A stretch of DNA of 55,215 bases, filler included, from Squatina squatina (lineage: Eukaryota): assembly GCA_031763465.1 (NCBI GenBank). It is 2 parts of 2 records of this genome, joined end to end, with 100 filler letters (N's around TTAATTAATTAA, not from the genome) between each part and the next. Parts side by side here need not be neighbours in the genome. Positions count along the whole stretch, not along the records: positions 1 to 25,125 come from JARFOE010000004.1; 1 more part is not named here. One strand, written 5' to 3'. This document shows, in pieces, positions 1 through 12,330 of the stretch. A program made the position numbers and the translations under genes. Position 1 is the stretch's first letter. Every line of letters starts with the position of its first letter. The notes beneath the pieces were generated by a model, which made no database searches, was not told the origin of the DNA, and was given only the letters and a program-made list of their open reading frames with translations.

Positions 1-2403
1 TCTGTTGTCTCAGGCTGGTCACCCTGGAGCAAACCGCCTCGTCTTCCAGACAACCAGATTCTTCAATAGTAAACAGCAATGCACAGATCACTTCATCCCA
101 CTGGGGGCAATAGATTCCAGGGCTAATTCATTAAGGTGCATTATCTAATTATCTCCATTCCCCTGCAGTTAATTAGATCAAATTAAAGTCAATTTTAGTT
201 TTCTTTCTTTGATTTTTAGTGTTTTTTTTATTGCTTTAAGTAAATTGGATTAAAAAAAAAAGTCTGCTGGCAATAGCAAAGAAAAATGCTGTCCATAGCA
301 CTCTAGTGGAATAAGATAAATGTTTCCCCATTATTAACTGGGATGCTTGAGAATAGTCACACGAGTCTGCTTAGCAGACACACTTCTTGAAAAGGTTGTT
401 GCAGTTGACATTATGCTGCATCCTTAGGCTGCAGTGGCCGTGATGTAAAATGGTTGCACAACACATCTCTGCAAACCTTCCAAGGTATCTTGTTAGGTCA
501 ATTATATGAATATTTAATCACATAATCAGTAATCACTGTGTATTTGGAAAGGGGAGTCTATGAATAGATTACTACAAATTATGGGGAAGCAACAAGTATT
601 TAAAANNNNNNNNNNNNNNNNNNNNNNNNNNNNNNNNNNNNNNNNNNNNNNNNNNNNNNNNNNNNNNNNNNNNNNNNNNNNNNNNNNNNNNNNNNNNNNN
701 NNNNNTAAACTACCTGTTAAGTACAGTCATTAAGCAGCCTGCCACTTGGTGTTGGGTCTGCGATCCACACGTAGGTCCGATAGATGAGAAGCTGATACAG
801 AGGCGGGTTCTGAGCGGGATTCCGCCCCGCTGTCAATCACGGCCATTTTGACAGAGGGCCTGCCTCCAAACACACACTGGCAGGGCTGAGAAGATTCCGG
901 CCTACGTTTCAGGTTAATGACCTTTCGCCACACTGACGTAGTAATTGGTGCTCATCTGACAGTGAGCCAAAAGTCTTGAGTAAAATAGGAGAAGCTGTAG
1001 TCTAAGCAAATCTGAGCTAAACCCAATGTGTGACTGTTCATTTGCTGAAAATGCTTGCAAAGTGTAGAAAACTGTGCCATTCTGAGCACTGACAACCCTT
1101 AGTTCAATGAGCACAAAAATTAAGAAGCAACACCAGTAAAATCATACATTACAAACACTGTCACAATGAGAATGCTACATTTCTGATTCTACTTCAGGTT
1201 TGTGAAAGGGAAATATGACCTATTCCCACCTACAGCGATGCTGAAAGTTTTCCATTGCAGACTCAGAAATAAAAACCGGCATCATCCCATTAAGCGGTGC
1301 TATGGCCCATTTTTACTCTATGTGAAGAAGTAAGAAATTCCTCCCCAGTTTTCTGATAGTTCACACCAGTGAAAAATAAAGCAACGATTCAACACGGTTC
1401 CAATTGACAATGTATTCTGGAGTTAATTTAACGGGCTGTGATTTTAGGCTAAACTGTCCTTCAGGTTGAGATGATTTTTTTTTAAGACTATTTTTGTAAT
1501 AAATGTTTCTCCCTGTGGAAAAGATTGTATTCAACAGAAAAGAGTAGTTCTATATTAATAGACTACTACGCCTGATTCTGCAGGATCATGAATCATGGGT
1601 GGCAGAGGTTTTGTACAGCAGATTATTCCCAGCTGTTGTAGGACCTGCATGCAGTCACAAATATCCCTGTCTGAGCACTTGTCTCGTTAAACATCTACAC
1701 GAAAGGGGGTTTGTNNNNNNNNNNNNNNNNNNNNNNNNNNNNNNNNNNNNNNNNNNNNNNNNNNNNNNNNNNNNNNNNNNNNNNNNNNNNNNNNNNNNNN
1801 NNNNNNNNNNNNNNTGTGCAATCTGAATGCATTAGCAGTAATTAAAGTAAAACAGCCAATCATAATTGTTCTGTAATATAGCTCTTTTCATACTTCTCAA
1901 CCAGCTTAATTACCATTTAATTTGTATAAATGCAGAATATTTTGTTCATCCAGATGTGAAATGTGTAGAACTTTTCCAAAATGTCAGAACATGATGATTT
2001 ACCCCCAGTGCTCAGTGAAAAGGAATTCCCAAATCTTTTGATATGATCAGTGAAATCTGTTCTTTAAGGTGTCACAGCTCTTATCACTCCACTTCTCTGA
2101 TGCAGTCAGCATTGCTAAATCTGCCTCTCAGTTTCCATTTTTGTGCCAAACATGCCCCTCAGTAATTCTTAACTGTCCAGAAAAGCTAAATCCATCCAAA
2201 CTGCAATACTACTTCCACATCTACGGAGTTTTTTTCCTACCAATTCTTTCACAGTCCAAGTCGGGATACAAAAGAATGCTTGTCTGATAGACCATCCCTC
2301 TCCAAACTATAATAATTAACCTGTCACTCTCTCTCTCCTACACAGTTACTTTGGTCTATGTTAACAATAGTGCTATGGTTAGCGCCCCTCTCTTGTTCCT
2401 TCT

Positions 2404-2662
2404 ACAACAACAACATTCACACAGCAGTTTTAATGCAGTAAAACTTCCAAAGGCGCATCACAGGAGCATTATCAGACAAAATCTGACACCAAGCCACATA
2501 AAGAGATATTAGCACAGGTGACCAAAAGCTTGGTCGAAGAGGTGGCATTTTAAGGAGCGTCTTAAAGCAGGAGAGAGAGCTAGTGAGCTGGAGAGGTTCA
2601 GAGAGGGAATTCCAGAGCTTAGGGATGAGTCAGCTGAAGGCACAGCTGCCAATGGTGGAGCG
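2404..2662 (-). mobile_element. L2-clade LINE 3' end with (GTT)n tail
   Basis: The minus strand reads RSTIGSCAFS*LIPKLWNSL...SCFKTLLK, matching the L2 ORF2 C-terminus (STIGGRAFS..PKLWNSLP...FKTLLKT.LF). It ends in an (AAC)n tail on the + strand and is truncated by a gap. Confidence 0.85.
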
Positions 2663-3411
2663 NNNNNNNNNNNNNNNNNNNNNNNNNNNNNNNNNNNNNN
2701 NNNNNNNNNNNNNNNNNNNNNNNNNNNNNNNNNNNNNNNNNNNNNNNNNNNNNNNNNNNNNNATTTTGTTTTAGCAAGAACTTTCCGCACTCATTGCAAT
2801 GACTAATGAATAGAATATCAGAACCAAATAAAGCTTCAGAGCTGCTCTGGTCTATAATCATGCACTTCTCCTCCCAGATCATTACTATTAGAGCAGTTGT
2901 TTCTTAGTTTATTTTGGAGGTATAGAGACCCTGAGCCAACTGGCTTGACATTTTTTTTAAAGAATGCAGCAAGCCTCAGGTTTTGATAAGTATGCAGTAC
3001 GCATTTTGCCTGTGTCACGCTGGCAGCTCTGCTTCAAGATCAGCTTGAACGTTGTCAGATTATAAAGAGAATATTCTTTTTATATATTCTCAGAAATGCT
3101 ATTTGATTGTCCAATTCTCGACATGAGTTTGTTTTTGTGTAATTCCCCTTTGGCTACTGTGGTGCAAATTGGCTGAACTAATTGACTACATGGAAGACTC
3201 TGCAATTCAATTACCCACCTCCAGAACTCTAGGGAAGTGGTTTATTTTGGTTGTGGGTCAGCACATCTCATGTGGTAAGGGGCGGGACCACCTGGAAAAC
3301 ATGGTCTGATCTCATTCTGTATGAACTGCTAGTCTACAATGGGTGCCACGCAAACCATAATGTTCTCAAGTTCCTCAAACATATTCTCAGCTATCCCCTA
3401 ACAAAGGAAGC

Positions 3412-3539
3412 CTTTAAAGATCACTGGTTAGACCTCAGTTAGAGTATTCTGTCCAGTTCTGAGGACCACACTTGAGAAAGGATGTCAAGGCCTTGGAAAA
3501 GGTGCAGAGGACATTTGCCAGAATGGAACCAGGGATGAG
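3412..3539 (+). mobile_element. CR1 LINE ORF2 fragment
   Basis: Translates as SLVRPQLEYSVQF*GPHLRKDVKALEKVQRTFARMEPGM, the canonical CR1 LVRPHLEYCVQFWSP..KD...LE.VQRR motif, with a stop. Confidence 0.9.
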
Positions 3540-3942
3540 NNNNNNNNNNNNNNNNNNNNNNNNNNNNNNNNNNNNNNNNNNNNNNNNNNNNNNNNNNNNN
3601 NNNNNNNNNNNNNNNNNNNNNNNNNNNNNNNNNNNNNNNAGCATGTTGCTTCCCAGATCAGTGTCCATCTTTCCCACAACTTCAGGTTTGAATCTCTCTA
3701 ATCAGGTTGTTGGAGAATCTGGCTGCTGCAATATCCAGTATCCCAGGAGGGGACTGAAACAGGTATTAGGGTCCCCATTTACCTATTCAAGTGTCTTAAG
3801 ATTTGTTTTAGGCAACCGCCAGGGCCACCTGAAAAATGATCTGACCTAATATCAGGTGTTTCAAGTATCCTTTGGCATTGGTCCCCAAAATTGGCCTTCA
3901 TTGCGCCTGTGTTATGCCCAACAAATGGGTGCAAAGAGACCT

Positions 3943-4260
3943 CCTTGTATTTATTTAGCGCTGTTCACGACCTCAGGATAACTGAAAATGCTTTGCAGTC
4001 AATTAATTAATTTTGAATTGCACTCGTTGTTGGAATGTAGGGAAACACGGCAGTCAATTTGGGCACAGATGATCCCACAAACAACAGTGAGATAAATAAC
4101 CAGATAATCTATTTTAGCAATGTTGATTGAACAGAGATGAAAGAGTCAATAAGGTTGATATTGGCCAAGACCATGGGAGAACTCCCTTGCTGTTCTTCTT
4201 CAAATAGTGCCATTGGATTATTTACATCCAGCTCAGAGAGTAGATCAGGACTTCCAATTC
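3943..4260 (-). mobile_element. DeuSINE (SacSINE1-like), 5'-truncated
   Basis: The reverse complement contains the Deu core (GGATGTAAA..ATCCAATGGCACTATTTGAAGAAG...GGGAGTTCTCCC..GGTCTTGGCCAATAT) and the tail CCTGAGGTCGTGAA..GCGCTAAATAAATACAAG, as in the copy at 4675-5113. Confidence 0.8.
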
Positions 4261-4403
4261 CATAACATCGCCTGCCTTCACCCTTACCTCAGTCCACCTG
4301 TCAAAAGTCTCTTCCATGCCTTTTTTAGCCTCCAAATTTGACTACTTTAATGCTCTCCTGGCCAGTATCCCACCTTCCACCCTCAATAATCTTCAGTTAC
4401 CCA
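4259..4403 (+). mobile_element. L2 LINE ORF2 fragment (decayed)
   Basis: HNIACLHPYLS...LFHAF...FDYFNALLASIPPSTLNNLQL resembles the L2 motif RNIARLRP.LS...LIHAFVTSRLDYSNALLAG; frameshifted. Confidence 0.7.
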
Positions 4404-4674
4404 GGACCAGAGGCAGGGAGAACATAAAGAAAGTGTAATGGATCGTGCTGCTGCAGGGCTGAGAGTCAACCTCATTAGCGACACCATCACAGGTACATAG
4501 AACACTGTTTGTTGGAAGTCTCAGTCCATCAAAGAGCAACCTTGTCTCACCCACTTCTTTGTGGTCTAAATTAAATTGTTGCTTCTCACAGCAGGCTATC
4601 ACACTGTACTCATGACTCTCAACATCAACATTTTACCTGTTTCCCCACTCTCCTACAAGGTGAGCAAACACCAA

Positions 4675-5113
4675 GCAGCCTTTAGCTCAGTAATTCCAGT
4701 GATGTATTACAACTACTGTGGATTCAAGCCCCGTTCCAGAGACTAGAGCTCATAATCTAGGCTGACGCATCAATCAGCACGGTACTATCAGAGGTGCCGT
4801 CTTTCAGATGAGTTGGTCAACTGACGCCCCGCTCAGGTGGATGTAAAAAATCCCATGACACCATTTGAGGATGAGCAGAAAGTTCGCCCAGTGGCCTCAC
4901 CAATACCTATCCCTCAACCAATATCAATAAAACAGATTATCTAGTCATTTAATTCAGTGCAGTTTGTGGGACCTTGCTGTGTGTAAATTGCCTGCCATAT
5001 CTCCCGACATTACAATTGTTACTACACTCCAAAAGTACTTCACTGGCTATGGAATGCTTTGGGATATCCTGCGGTCTTGAAAGATGCAATATAAATGTAA
5101 GGTATTTCTTTCT
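4675..5113 (+). mobile_element. DeuSINE (SacSINE1-like), near full length
   Basis: Has a tRNA-like head (TAGCTCAG...GGATTCAAGCCC), a Deu core (GAGGTGCCGTCTTTCAGATGAG...CAGGTGGATGTAAAAAATCCCATG) and a tail (GCTTTGGGATATCCTG...ATATAAATGTAAG). Confidence 0.85.
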
Positions 5114-6046
5114 ATGACACACAAGGCAAGGAAGAGATCAGATCTATCAGACGGAGCTGGGCTTGATCTTGGGTCCCTGAAGTAAAGGGACAATATACTT
5201 TTTGGAGGATTTATTCAATGTTAAAAACATTTACAAAACCATCATCATTCCATTGTATCGTGCAAATTCATCTCATTAAGCCATGTTGTCTTCCATATCT
5301 TTTCATTCTTAAAGAAATATTCAGAGCAAACTATGATTGACATTTCATATTACTGAAGCAGCTACATCCAACATATTAGCAATGCAACTATTAACTGTTC
5401 CAGTCTGCAGTGGCAATCTCTACGCTGGTGTCTGGCTCATGTCACCATGTTTCAACATGCTCTCATCTTCTCTTTCCCAAATCAATTAAAATCCACAGCT
5501 TTTCAATTAAATGAGCCTGCAGGTGTTTCTCTAATAGTTCAATGTGAGAGTCATTTTGCACACTGGGTGATAGTCTGCTCATTGAGCAAATGTCTTATTA
5601 CTGTCTTTCTTTCAGCAGAACCTTTTTAATTCAGAAGGTGTTAATCATTAATTCATAGGTCCTGGCCAAATGTTAAAAGTGAAATGTATCTGTGGTTATC
5701 GCAGCTGTAGGTAAATGAGTTAATTGTTTTTAAATTCTGCTGACTGGTTTTAAGTTTAAACTGACAGTAACTCTTCTCGTCTCTCCTATTTCCCTGACCA
5801 AACTGGAGACATGTATTAGTGAATCAATGTGAGCACTCGAACAGCACTGAACAGAGATTCATGTAAAATTTACAAAATCTGTCACCGTTGTCAGCTTCTT
5901 CTCTGCTAATTATTCATCTGGCAGTATATCTCGTACATAATTTATTATCAGGTATTGATCCAAATTACAGCCCCTAAACTCAAACTTTGGGACAACCTTG
6001 CTGTGCGATTATACTGCATCTACCGATCTGAGACCAGTAGAGAGCT

Positions 6047-6320
6047 TGGGGGTGAAATTCGGCAGTTTTAAAAACCTGTTTAACACCTACTTAAGGCGGT
6101 ATTGAGGTGCAAAGTCATCTTTAGGTGTTAAAATGCCATTTAGTGCTGCCCATGAAATTCGCCCCCAAAATTCTTTAGCACCTCTGCGCCCAGGCGAGAT
6201 TGTTTTTTTGCAGGCATTAGGCTCTGGTGATGTCATCATTGCATGCAATGCCTCATTGGCGTTGTGAAAATCCCCAGTCTTAGCGCTTTAAGTGTGCTGA
6301 TAAAAACAACGCCTTGAAAA
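6047..6320. mobile_element. Non-autonomous DNA transposon (MITE-like) left end
   Basis: Begins GGGGGTGAAATTCGG and has locally raised CpG content. The GG(G)N2-3GAA(A)TT start is shared with other elements in the window. Truncated by a gap. Confidence 0.5.
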
Positions 6321-6420
6321 NNNNNNNNNNNNNNNNNNNNNNNNNNNNNNNNNNNNNNNNNNNNNNNNNNNNNNNNNNNNNNNNNNNNNNNNNNNNNNNN
6401 NNNNNNNNNNNNNNNNNNNN

Positions 6421-6506
6421 GAAGATCAGTCATGATCTCATTGAATGGTGGAGCAGGCTCGAGGGGCCGAATGGCCGACTCCTGCTCCTAATTCTTATGT
6501 TCTTAT
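6421..6506 (+). mobile_element. CR1 (HER1-type)/HE1 SINE 3' tail
   Basis: GATCAGTCATGATCTCATTGAATGGTGGAGCAGGCTCGAGGGGCCGAATGGCCGACTCCTGCTCCTAATTCTTATGTTCTTAT is the typical elasmobranch CR1 3' stem-loop followed by 8-mer terminal repeats. Confidence 0.85.
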
Positions 6507-7391
6507 AATTAAGTTTTACTCAGGTGGCGTTATGTCTGGAAGCAGTGGGTTCTGACCCCTTGCTTAATCTGTCGCTGGACTTAGATCTTCATAATGAAAC
6601 AGGAGGAGGGAATTCTCGAATCAGTCTCTTACCAGCAGTTCCACACAGGAGGCCACTGAATGTCTCCAGTGAGTGTAAGGGCATGTTCCTTTATAAGATT
6701 GAGAAAATAAAGGACAATTCAGGAGAATGAACTTGCCCTTCAAGATTTTGATTTGTAAGTACAAGTTTGGAAAGAGTGGGAAGCATCCATTCCCGAGCCT
6801 GCACAGGCAAAAAGCCAAGCGCATTTGGCATGAGTTGCTACCAAAAGGAATCAAGGCTATTTTAATTCTGGCACGAACACAGCATTAAAACCCTAAATGC
6901 ATTAGATGTGAAAATGGCTTGAGCTGGATGTGTCACTGTGCCAGGGGAGGGAATGGTTGTTGTGTGCCATCAGGTAAGATCGACAACAAGAACATAAGCC
7001 AAAGAAACCGTGTCAGAAAATAGTTGAATGGACCTGAAGAGTTCCCAATTGTGCCTGATTGAAGTCAGTAATCTCTGCTGTCACGCGCCCTGGCACTGCT
7101 GCTAGAATTCTTTGTCGCAGACTGCCATGTTTGAACCAGGATCAAAGTAAATTTTGCCCGACTGCAAGCAATGCTACTGTTGATGCTGGCACCGGATTCC
7201 ATCCATGTCCCGTAAGCAGCAATCAGCAACACTGATGACAATACCATCCTGACCCAGCAGTGCAGTGCCAAACCATTTGTCTCCCAAATCTGATGACAGG
7301 TTTAGATTTTCCTCACATACCAACACTGACCTGTTGGCAGCGTGTGTCGTAAATTCTGCCAGTTCTCAGCCAGGTTGTATTACTTTAATTA

Positions 7392-7737
7392 ATATTCATT
7401 CTCCGGATGTGGGCATCGCTGGCAAGGCTGGCATTTACTGCCCATCCCTACTCACCACAACTGACTGGCTTGCCAGGTCACTTCAAAGTGCAGATAAGAG
7501 TCAGCTAAGTTGGTGTGGGACTGGAATCACATAAAGGCCAGGCGAGGTGAGGACGACAGGTTTCCTTCCCTCGCCATTAGTGAACCAGTTGGGTTTTCAC
7601 AACAATCCAGTAACCTTTTTGTTCATGTTATCTGGTGCCCGCCCACCACTTACCAGGTTTATTGAATTCAATTTCACAATTTAACATGCTGGGATTTGAA
7701 CTCATGACCACCGGACTGTTAGTCCTGTGCAATAGCC
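7392..7737 (-). mobile_element. tRNA-derived SINE with LINE-derived tail
   Basis: The minus strand has a B-box (GAGTTCAAATCCC), a body (AAAACCCAACTGGTTCACTAATG...GGAAGGAAACCTG) and a tail (GGGATGGGCAGTAAATGCCAGCCTTGCCAGCGATGCCCACATCC) that matches the LINE tail at about 23505-23560. Confidence 0.75.
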
Positions 7738-8375
7738 TCATGACACACGTTGATTTAATTTGACAGAAAATAATTCGACTTTTAAAATCGTAGTCAATGA
7801 AGCCATTGTCCAACCTTCCTTTCACTCCAATGAACATATAATATATTTTGTGATTTAAAGGGGAACACCACTCTGGGGAGAGCGTATTTAATCTGAAAAA
7901 TAAAATTCTCCTCAGAAAGATTGGGAACAAAAATCATTTAAAAAGTCTCCTCCCTTAGAAGCTCTGATGCTATTTTTGCCAGTCAAAAAGGCAGCTTGCT
8001 TGAGACCTGCTATTTCAGATCTATTATTATCTTTCCAGGTCTTCCAACTGCAAAAGAACCCATTAGATCACATTTACAAGTCTGTCTATGGCTGCGTGCC
8101 TACACACTTAGCAGACATTGGCATCTGTCCTGGTCCTGTATGGCACCCTACATGAAACAACACCATTTAGAAGCTGACTACCAAGAGGGACTGGAGCTGA
8201 AGGAACAGGTCTCCAGGAGGCTGCTTGTTGAAAAATGAGACTATCTCCTTTCATGGAGGAGGCATTTTAATCATTTCATCCAGTTTTCTGACAGCACCTA
8301 AATTAAACGTACATCACCTTTGCCAACAGTGATGCTCTCCTTTGCCACTACAATACAAACTTCTCCGCATACATC

Positions 8376-8690
8376 TAGGAGTTCAACTTGCCCCCCAAAC
8401 TGGCATGAAATTGGTATAGTGATGGCTTCGGACCTCATTAAACGGAACCAGCGAGCTGTGACTGCCAAACGGTCACCATTCTGCAGCTTGCTGGTCGTAG
8501 AGGATGGTAAATTAGTCTGCTCTTACGCAAAGCCAGCCAGCAGGTTGGGTCTGGAGGGTGGAGGCGATCCCCGAGTGGCCCTCAAACGTGCTGGAGTGCA
8601 GCGACAAAAATAAAAACTGAAAATTTGGAGCTGCTTCCAGTGGTCCCTTTAAAGGCCATTGATTCGGCCACTCAACACCTTGGGAGAGCA
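8376..8690. mobile_element. MITE fragment, same family as 49363-50152
   Basis: TTCAACTTGCCCCCCAAACTGGCATGAAAT...GACCTCATTA...GCGAGCTG..CTGCCAAAC resembles the terminal arms of the 49.4-50.2 kb element. Confidence 0.55.
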
Positions 8691-9871
8691 TGTGTGAAAC
8701 AAGCTCTGCCTCTTTATAGCTGAATTTTGTTTTTTGGGATCCTACAGTGGCATAAGACCCTGATTTGCATATTTATGCGCCAATGTGGTATCTGGTACAG
8801 TTCAGTGGTGTGAAATTCAAAGGTTTTACACCAGAAAAAAAAAAAGTTGAATTGCTCCCCTATAGAATGAGAAAGGAGGAAACTTTGACACGATGTTCTA
8901 AACAGAAACACAGGCAAGCAACTCTGCAACCATTGTAGTAAATCCTGCAGTTCTNNNNNNNNNNNNNNNNNNNNNNNNNNNNNNNNNNNNNNNNNNNNNN
9001 NNNNNNNNNNNNNNNNNNNNNNNNNNNNNNNNNNNNNNNNNNNNNNNNNNNNNNTTTATTTTTGAAACACACATTTCTCACCAGAAGAAATTGTATTATT
9101 CAGAGGTTAAATGGAAGCTTTTCTGGGGTCACCCTTCTCCCAGAGCAGCTGACACTGAACAGGCTGAGTTAAGAATGAAGAATTACCAATGCTACCAAGT
9201 GTGAAGCCACTCTCCAGGAGCTGGTGTATGATTTCTCCAGCACTATTGACAAATCACCTATTTTCTCGATGGTAAATGAACTCAGCAGAGGAAATCATTT
9301 GCTTTAAAGGGGCTCATCACTGAACAAGTACCTCTCCTCCTTCACCCCCTCCCCCGACCCCCGCCAAAAAATAGATTCATGGTTGTTTGGAGACAGCAAT
9401 TTGAAGAAGTTTTGCAAAAGACACCAAATACTCTGACCCATAAGGGTTTAATCATCTCACAACTCAGCAATACATGTCAAAACATTCTAGGCCTGATCGG
9501 TCTCACTTCAAATTGCTATCATGCATCATTCGGTTCATGATTGATTCTGTACAGTTTACGAAAGAAAAAATACATTCTGTATGGAATATTTTATTGAACC
9601 AAACACAGGCTTCTATTTTTCTGAAGCTTTATCTTTAGAAGATAATGGGAGCAGTTTAACATGAAGAAATAATTGTCCAATTTGTTCTTCACGGGGGCCA
9701 AGAAGTACATTTTCAGACAATCATTTCCTGCGTCAGGTAGCAAGTTTTTTAGGACCCAGAACTCACTGCAANNNNNNNNNNNNNNNNNNNNNNNNNNNNN
9801 NNNNNNNNNNNNNNNNNNNNNNNNNNNNNNNNNNNNNNNNNNNNNNNNNNNNNNNNNNNNNNNNNNNNNNN

Positions 9872-9990
9872 CCTGTGGTAGAGTTTGTGGATCCCGGATA
9901 GGACTGTTCAGTCATCTCAGAACCCACAACTCTGGAGTGGAAGCAAGTGATCCTCGACCTCGAGGGTCTGCCTAAGAGAGGAAGAGAAGA
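9872..9990 (+). mobile_element. RTE-clade LINE 3' end
   Basis: CGRVCGSRIGLFSHLRTH is the C-terminal zinc-finger-like motif of RTE/BovB-type ORFs. It is followed by a short 3'UTR and an (AAG)-like tail. Confidence 0.85.
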
Positions 9991-10958
9991 TATCTAATAG
10001 GACGATCTTTCTCTAATAAGATGTTCTGTGGGGAAAAAAAACTTCTGCCTTTCCACTTTAGAAGTAAACTCCAAGCCCAATCAAGTCTTCCCAGCATATT
10101 CACCATTGATCTTTCTGGTACAAATTCATTCGGAAGTGATGTTCATGCTAAACTGAAATGCAACATGTAGAAATTTAATTCAAGTGAGCAATGTTTCCGC
10201 AGCTTACTTTACATTCCAAAAACATCCAGCTGTTTTTAAACACAGCTAAGCCTCAATCCAGTTTTCATTATGAATTCATGGTGTTTAATATGCTTTATGG
10301 CAAAGGCTATTTTACTTAGCAGCAAGTGAACCAAAACGAGCTGATAATTAATTTTCGTTTACCATTAAGGTAATGAAATTGTGATTGGTTTCCTTGTTCT
10401 CTTTGCATGACTGACTGAAGGCAACACGATTTGAATTATTGCAATTAATATTCCAGATTGGGTGTAATCCAACTATACCTTTCCTTGTCTGTTTATTCTC
10501 TATTCTCTTTTAACATACTAGCAAGTTTATACTGCTCCAACGAGCATAATGCTAACAAAGATGATGCTGCACTATCTTAGAAGCGATTTGTTTTGTAAGA
10601 AAATAATTTTTTTATGGATGCTTTAATATCAATTATTTTGCACGAGTCAGACAAGGAATGCTGCCAAAGCCTTCAGGCCCAGTAGCAGATTTCACGATGC
10701 TGTTTCCATTCGGAGATGTGATGTCTGAATGCTATTTCTGATGTTAATATTGCTACTTTCACTCCTCACTTTCTGAAACATAGAACAGGCTGTACAACTG
10801 CCGGGCAACACTGCTGCAGTGCATAAAAAAGTCACAATAATGCGTTTTATTATTTTAATATCAAAACATGGGGAATACAGATATTTTTACCTTGACGCAA
10901 AAAGCCTTGAAATGCATATATCTGATATTCTGCTATTTTAAGGGAGAATTAACTCATT

Positions 10959-11113
10959 GGGAGTAGTTTGGACTTTGGCCAATAGTGTAAAACGGGAGAT
11001 ACTAAATCACCACCCATTTTATATTTCTCTTGATGCAATTGGCAGAGACGTACAGCGGGTGGCCAATCCAATATTGCCCATTTTACACTACCACCCAAAG
11101 TCAAAAATTACCC
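10959..11113. mobile_element. ~155 bp palindromic MITE
   Basis: The left arm GGAGTAGTTTGGACTTTGGCCAATAGTGTAAAACGGG is an imperfect reverse complement of the right arm CCCATTTTACACTACCACCCAAAGTCAAAAATTACCC. Confidence 0.7.
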
Positions 11114-12149
11114 ATTTACTTTAAATGGGTTAATGCCTCCATTAAAACCTTGGAGGCATTTTCACACTCTCCCACCCCAGTGACAAGGGAGGTAGACTTG
11201 CAGGTGAGTTGGATTTAGTGGGTGAGCGGATTTTGTATAAGTTGAACAGAAGCCAGCAGGAGGAAGTCAGCTGACTGCCGTGGATAACCACCTTTTGGTG
11301 AAAATAAATGCACAGCCAAATATGGGGAATGTGCAACATGCATTGCATTTTCAATGGAGTCGCTCATTTACTTCAAACTTTCACCTTAACNNNNNNNNNN
11401 NNNNNNNNNNNNNNNNNNNNNNNNNNNNNNNNNNNNNNNNNNNNNNNNNNNNNNNNNNNNNNNNNNNNNNNNNNNNNNNNNNNNNNNNNNCACCCATTAA
11501 TTAAAGGAAGTTTAATGCATCAGGTATTGCATCACAGTGAGAGATAATGAAGCCTTAGAGTTAAATATTTCACAGCAGACTCATACTGCCACAGAAAATA
11601 AAAGGGTTATCTATGAGTAACTAGCTGTGTGCGTTAGTGGGCGATGGTAAACCTTAGCTCCAATTTGACTCAGACAGCCCAAAGAAGGTCAGGACAATGC
11701 CTGTCCTGCTCATTCAAATGATTCGCCCTCTAATAATACTATTTCAGTCAACAGGCTCCCTGTTTGATAGTACAGAAGAAATTAAAGCCAGTGACAAACT
11801 TTCCTGTTTCAACAAAAAGTGGGAGAGTGCCTGTTCTTCTCTGTAATTAGTGAACACAAATGAAGTTGAGCAAATGCATGGCTTCAAAACGTGCGATTTC
11901 TGAAAGTGGAATTTCATTAGTAAATCAGTAATTATGGACAAAAATACACATTCTGTTGATTTTCATCGAAAGGATTTTATCCTCAAAGTTCACTTTTGCT
12001 ACTTTATTGCCAATGGCAATGAAGATGTTTTGCAGCTTATTGATTAATGTGTAAGGTCAATCCGGTTTCATTTGTCTGCAAGTAGTTTATTTGCTGTATT
12101 CTGGAAACTCGTCTTCCTAGATCTAATTCAATAGCCATATTGATCTAGA

Positions 12150-12330
12150 TTCTGTGGTGGCCGCCATTTTTTCAAACATTTCTGACATGACTGTTGCTAT
12201 GGTGAGACTAATGAGTCCTACAGTAGGATCTCTGATTATTGAAAATGCTTCCTAAGGACATGGTTCCCCCTCATCTCCTCCCACTATCCGCTGCCCCCCC
12301 ACCTCCCCGTGGCGAGCACTCGCGTGCAAG
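12150..12330 (-). promoter_or_regulatory. Promoter/enhancer-like motif cluster
   Basis: Consensus YY1 site GGCCGCCATTTT (12159-12170), RFX X-box-like GTTGCTATGGTGAG (about 12193-12206), a GC/CACCC box (about 12288-12308) and the interrupted CpG palindrome GCGAGCACTCGC (12312-12323), all in repeat-free DNA. Confidence 0.45.

Noticed and set aside
4675-4745. tRNA gene
   Set aside because: The A/B-box-like sequences are SINE heads; no cloverleaf can be formed.
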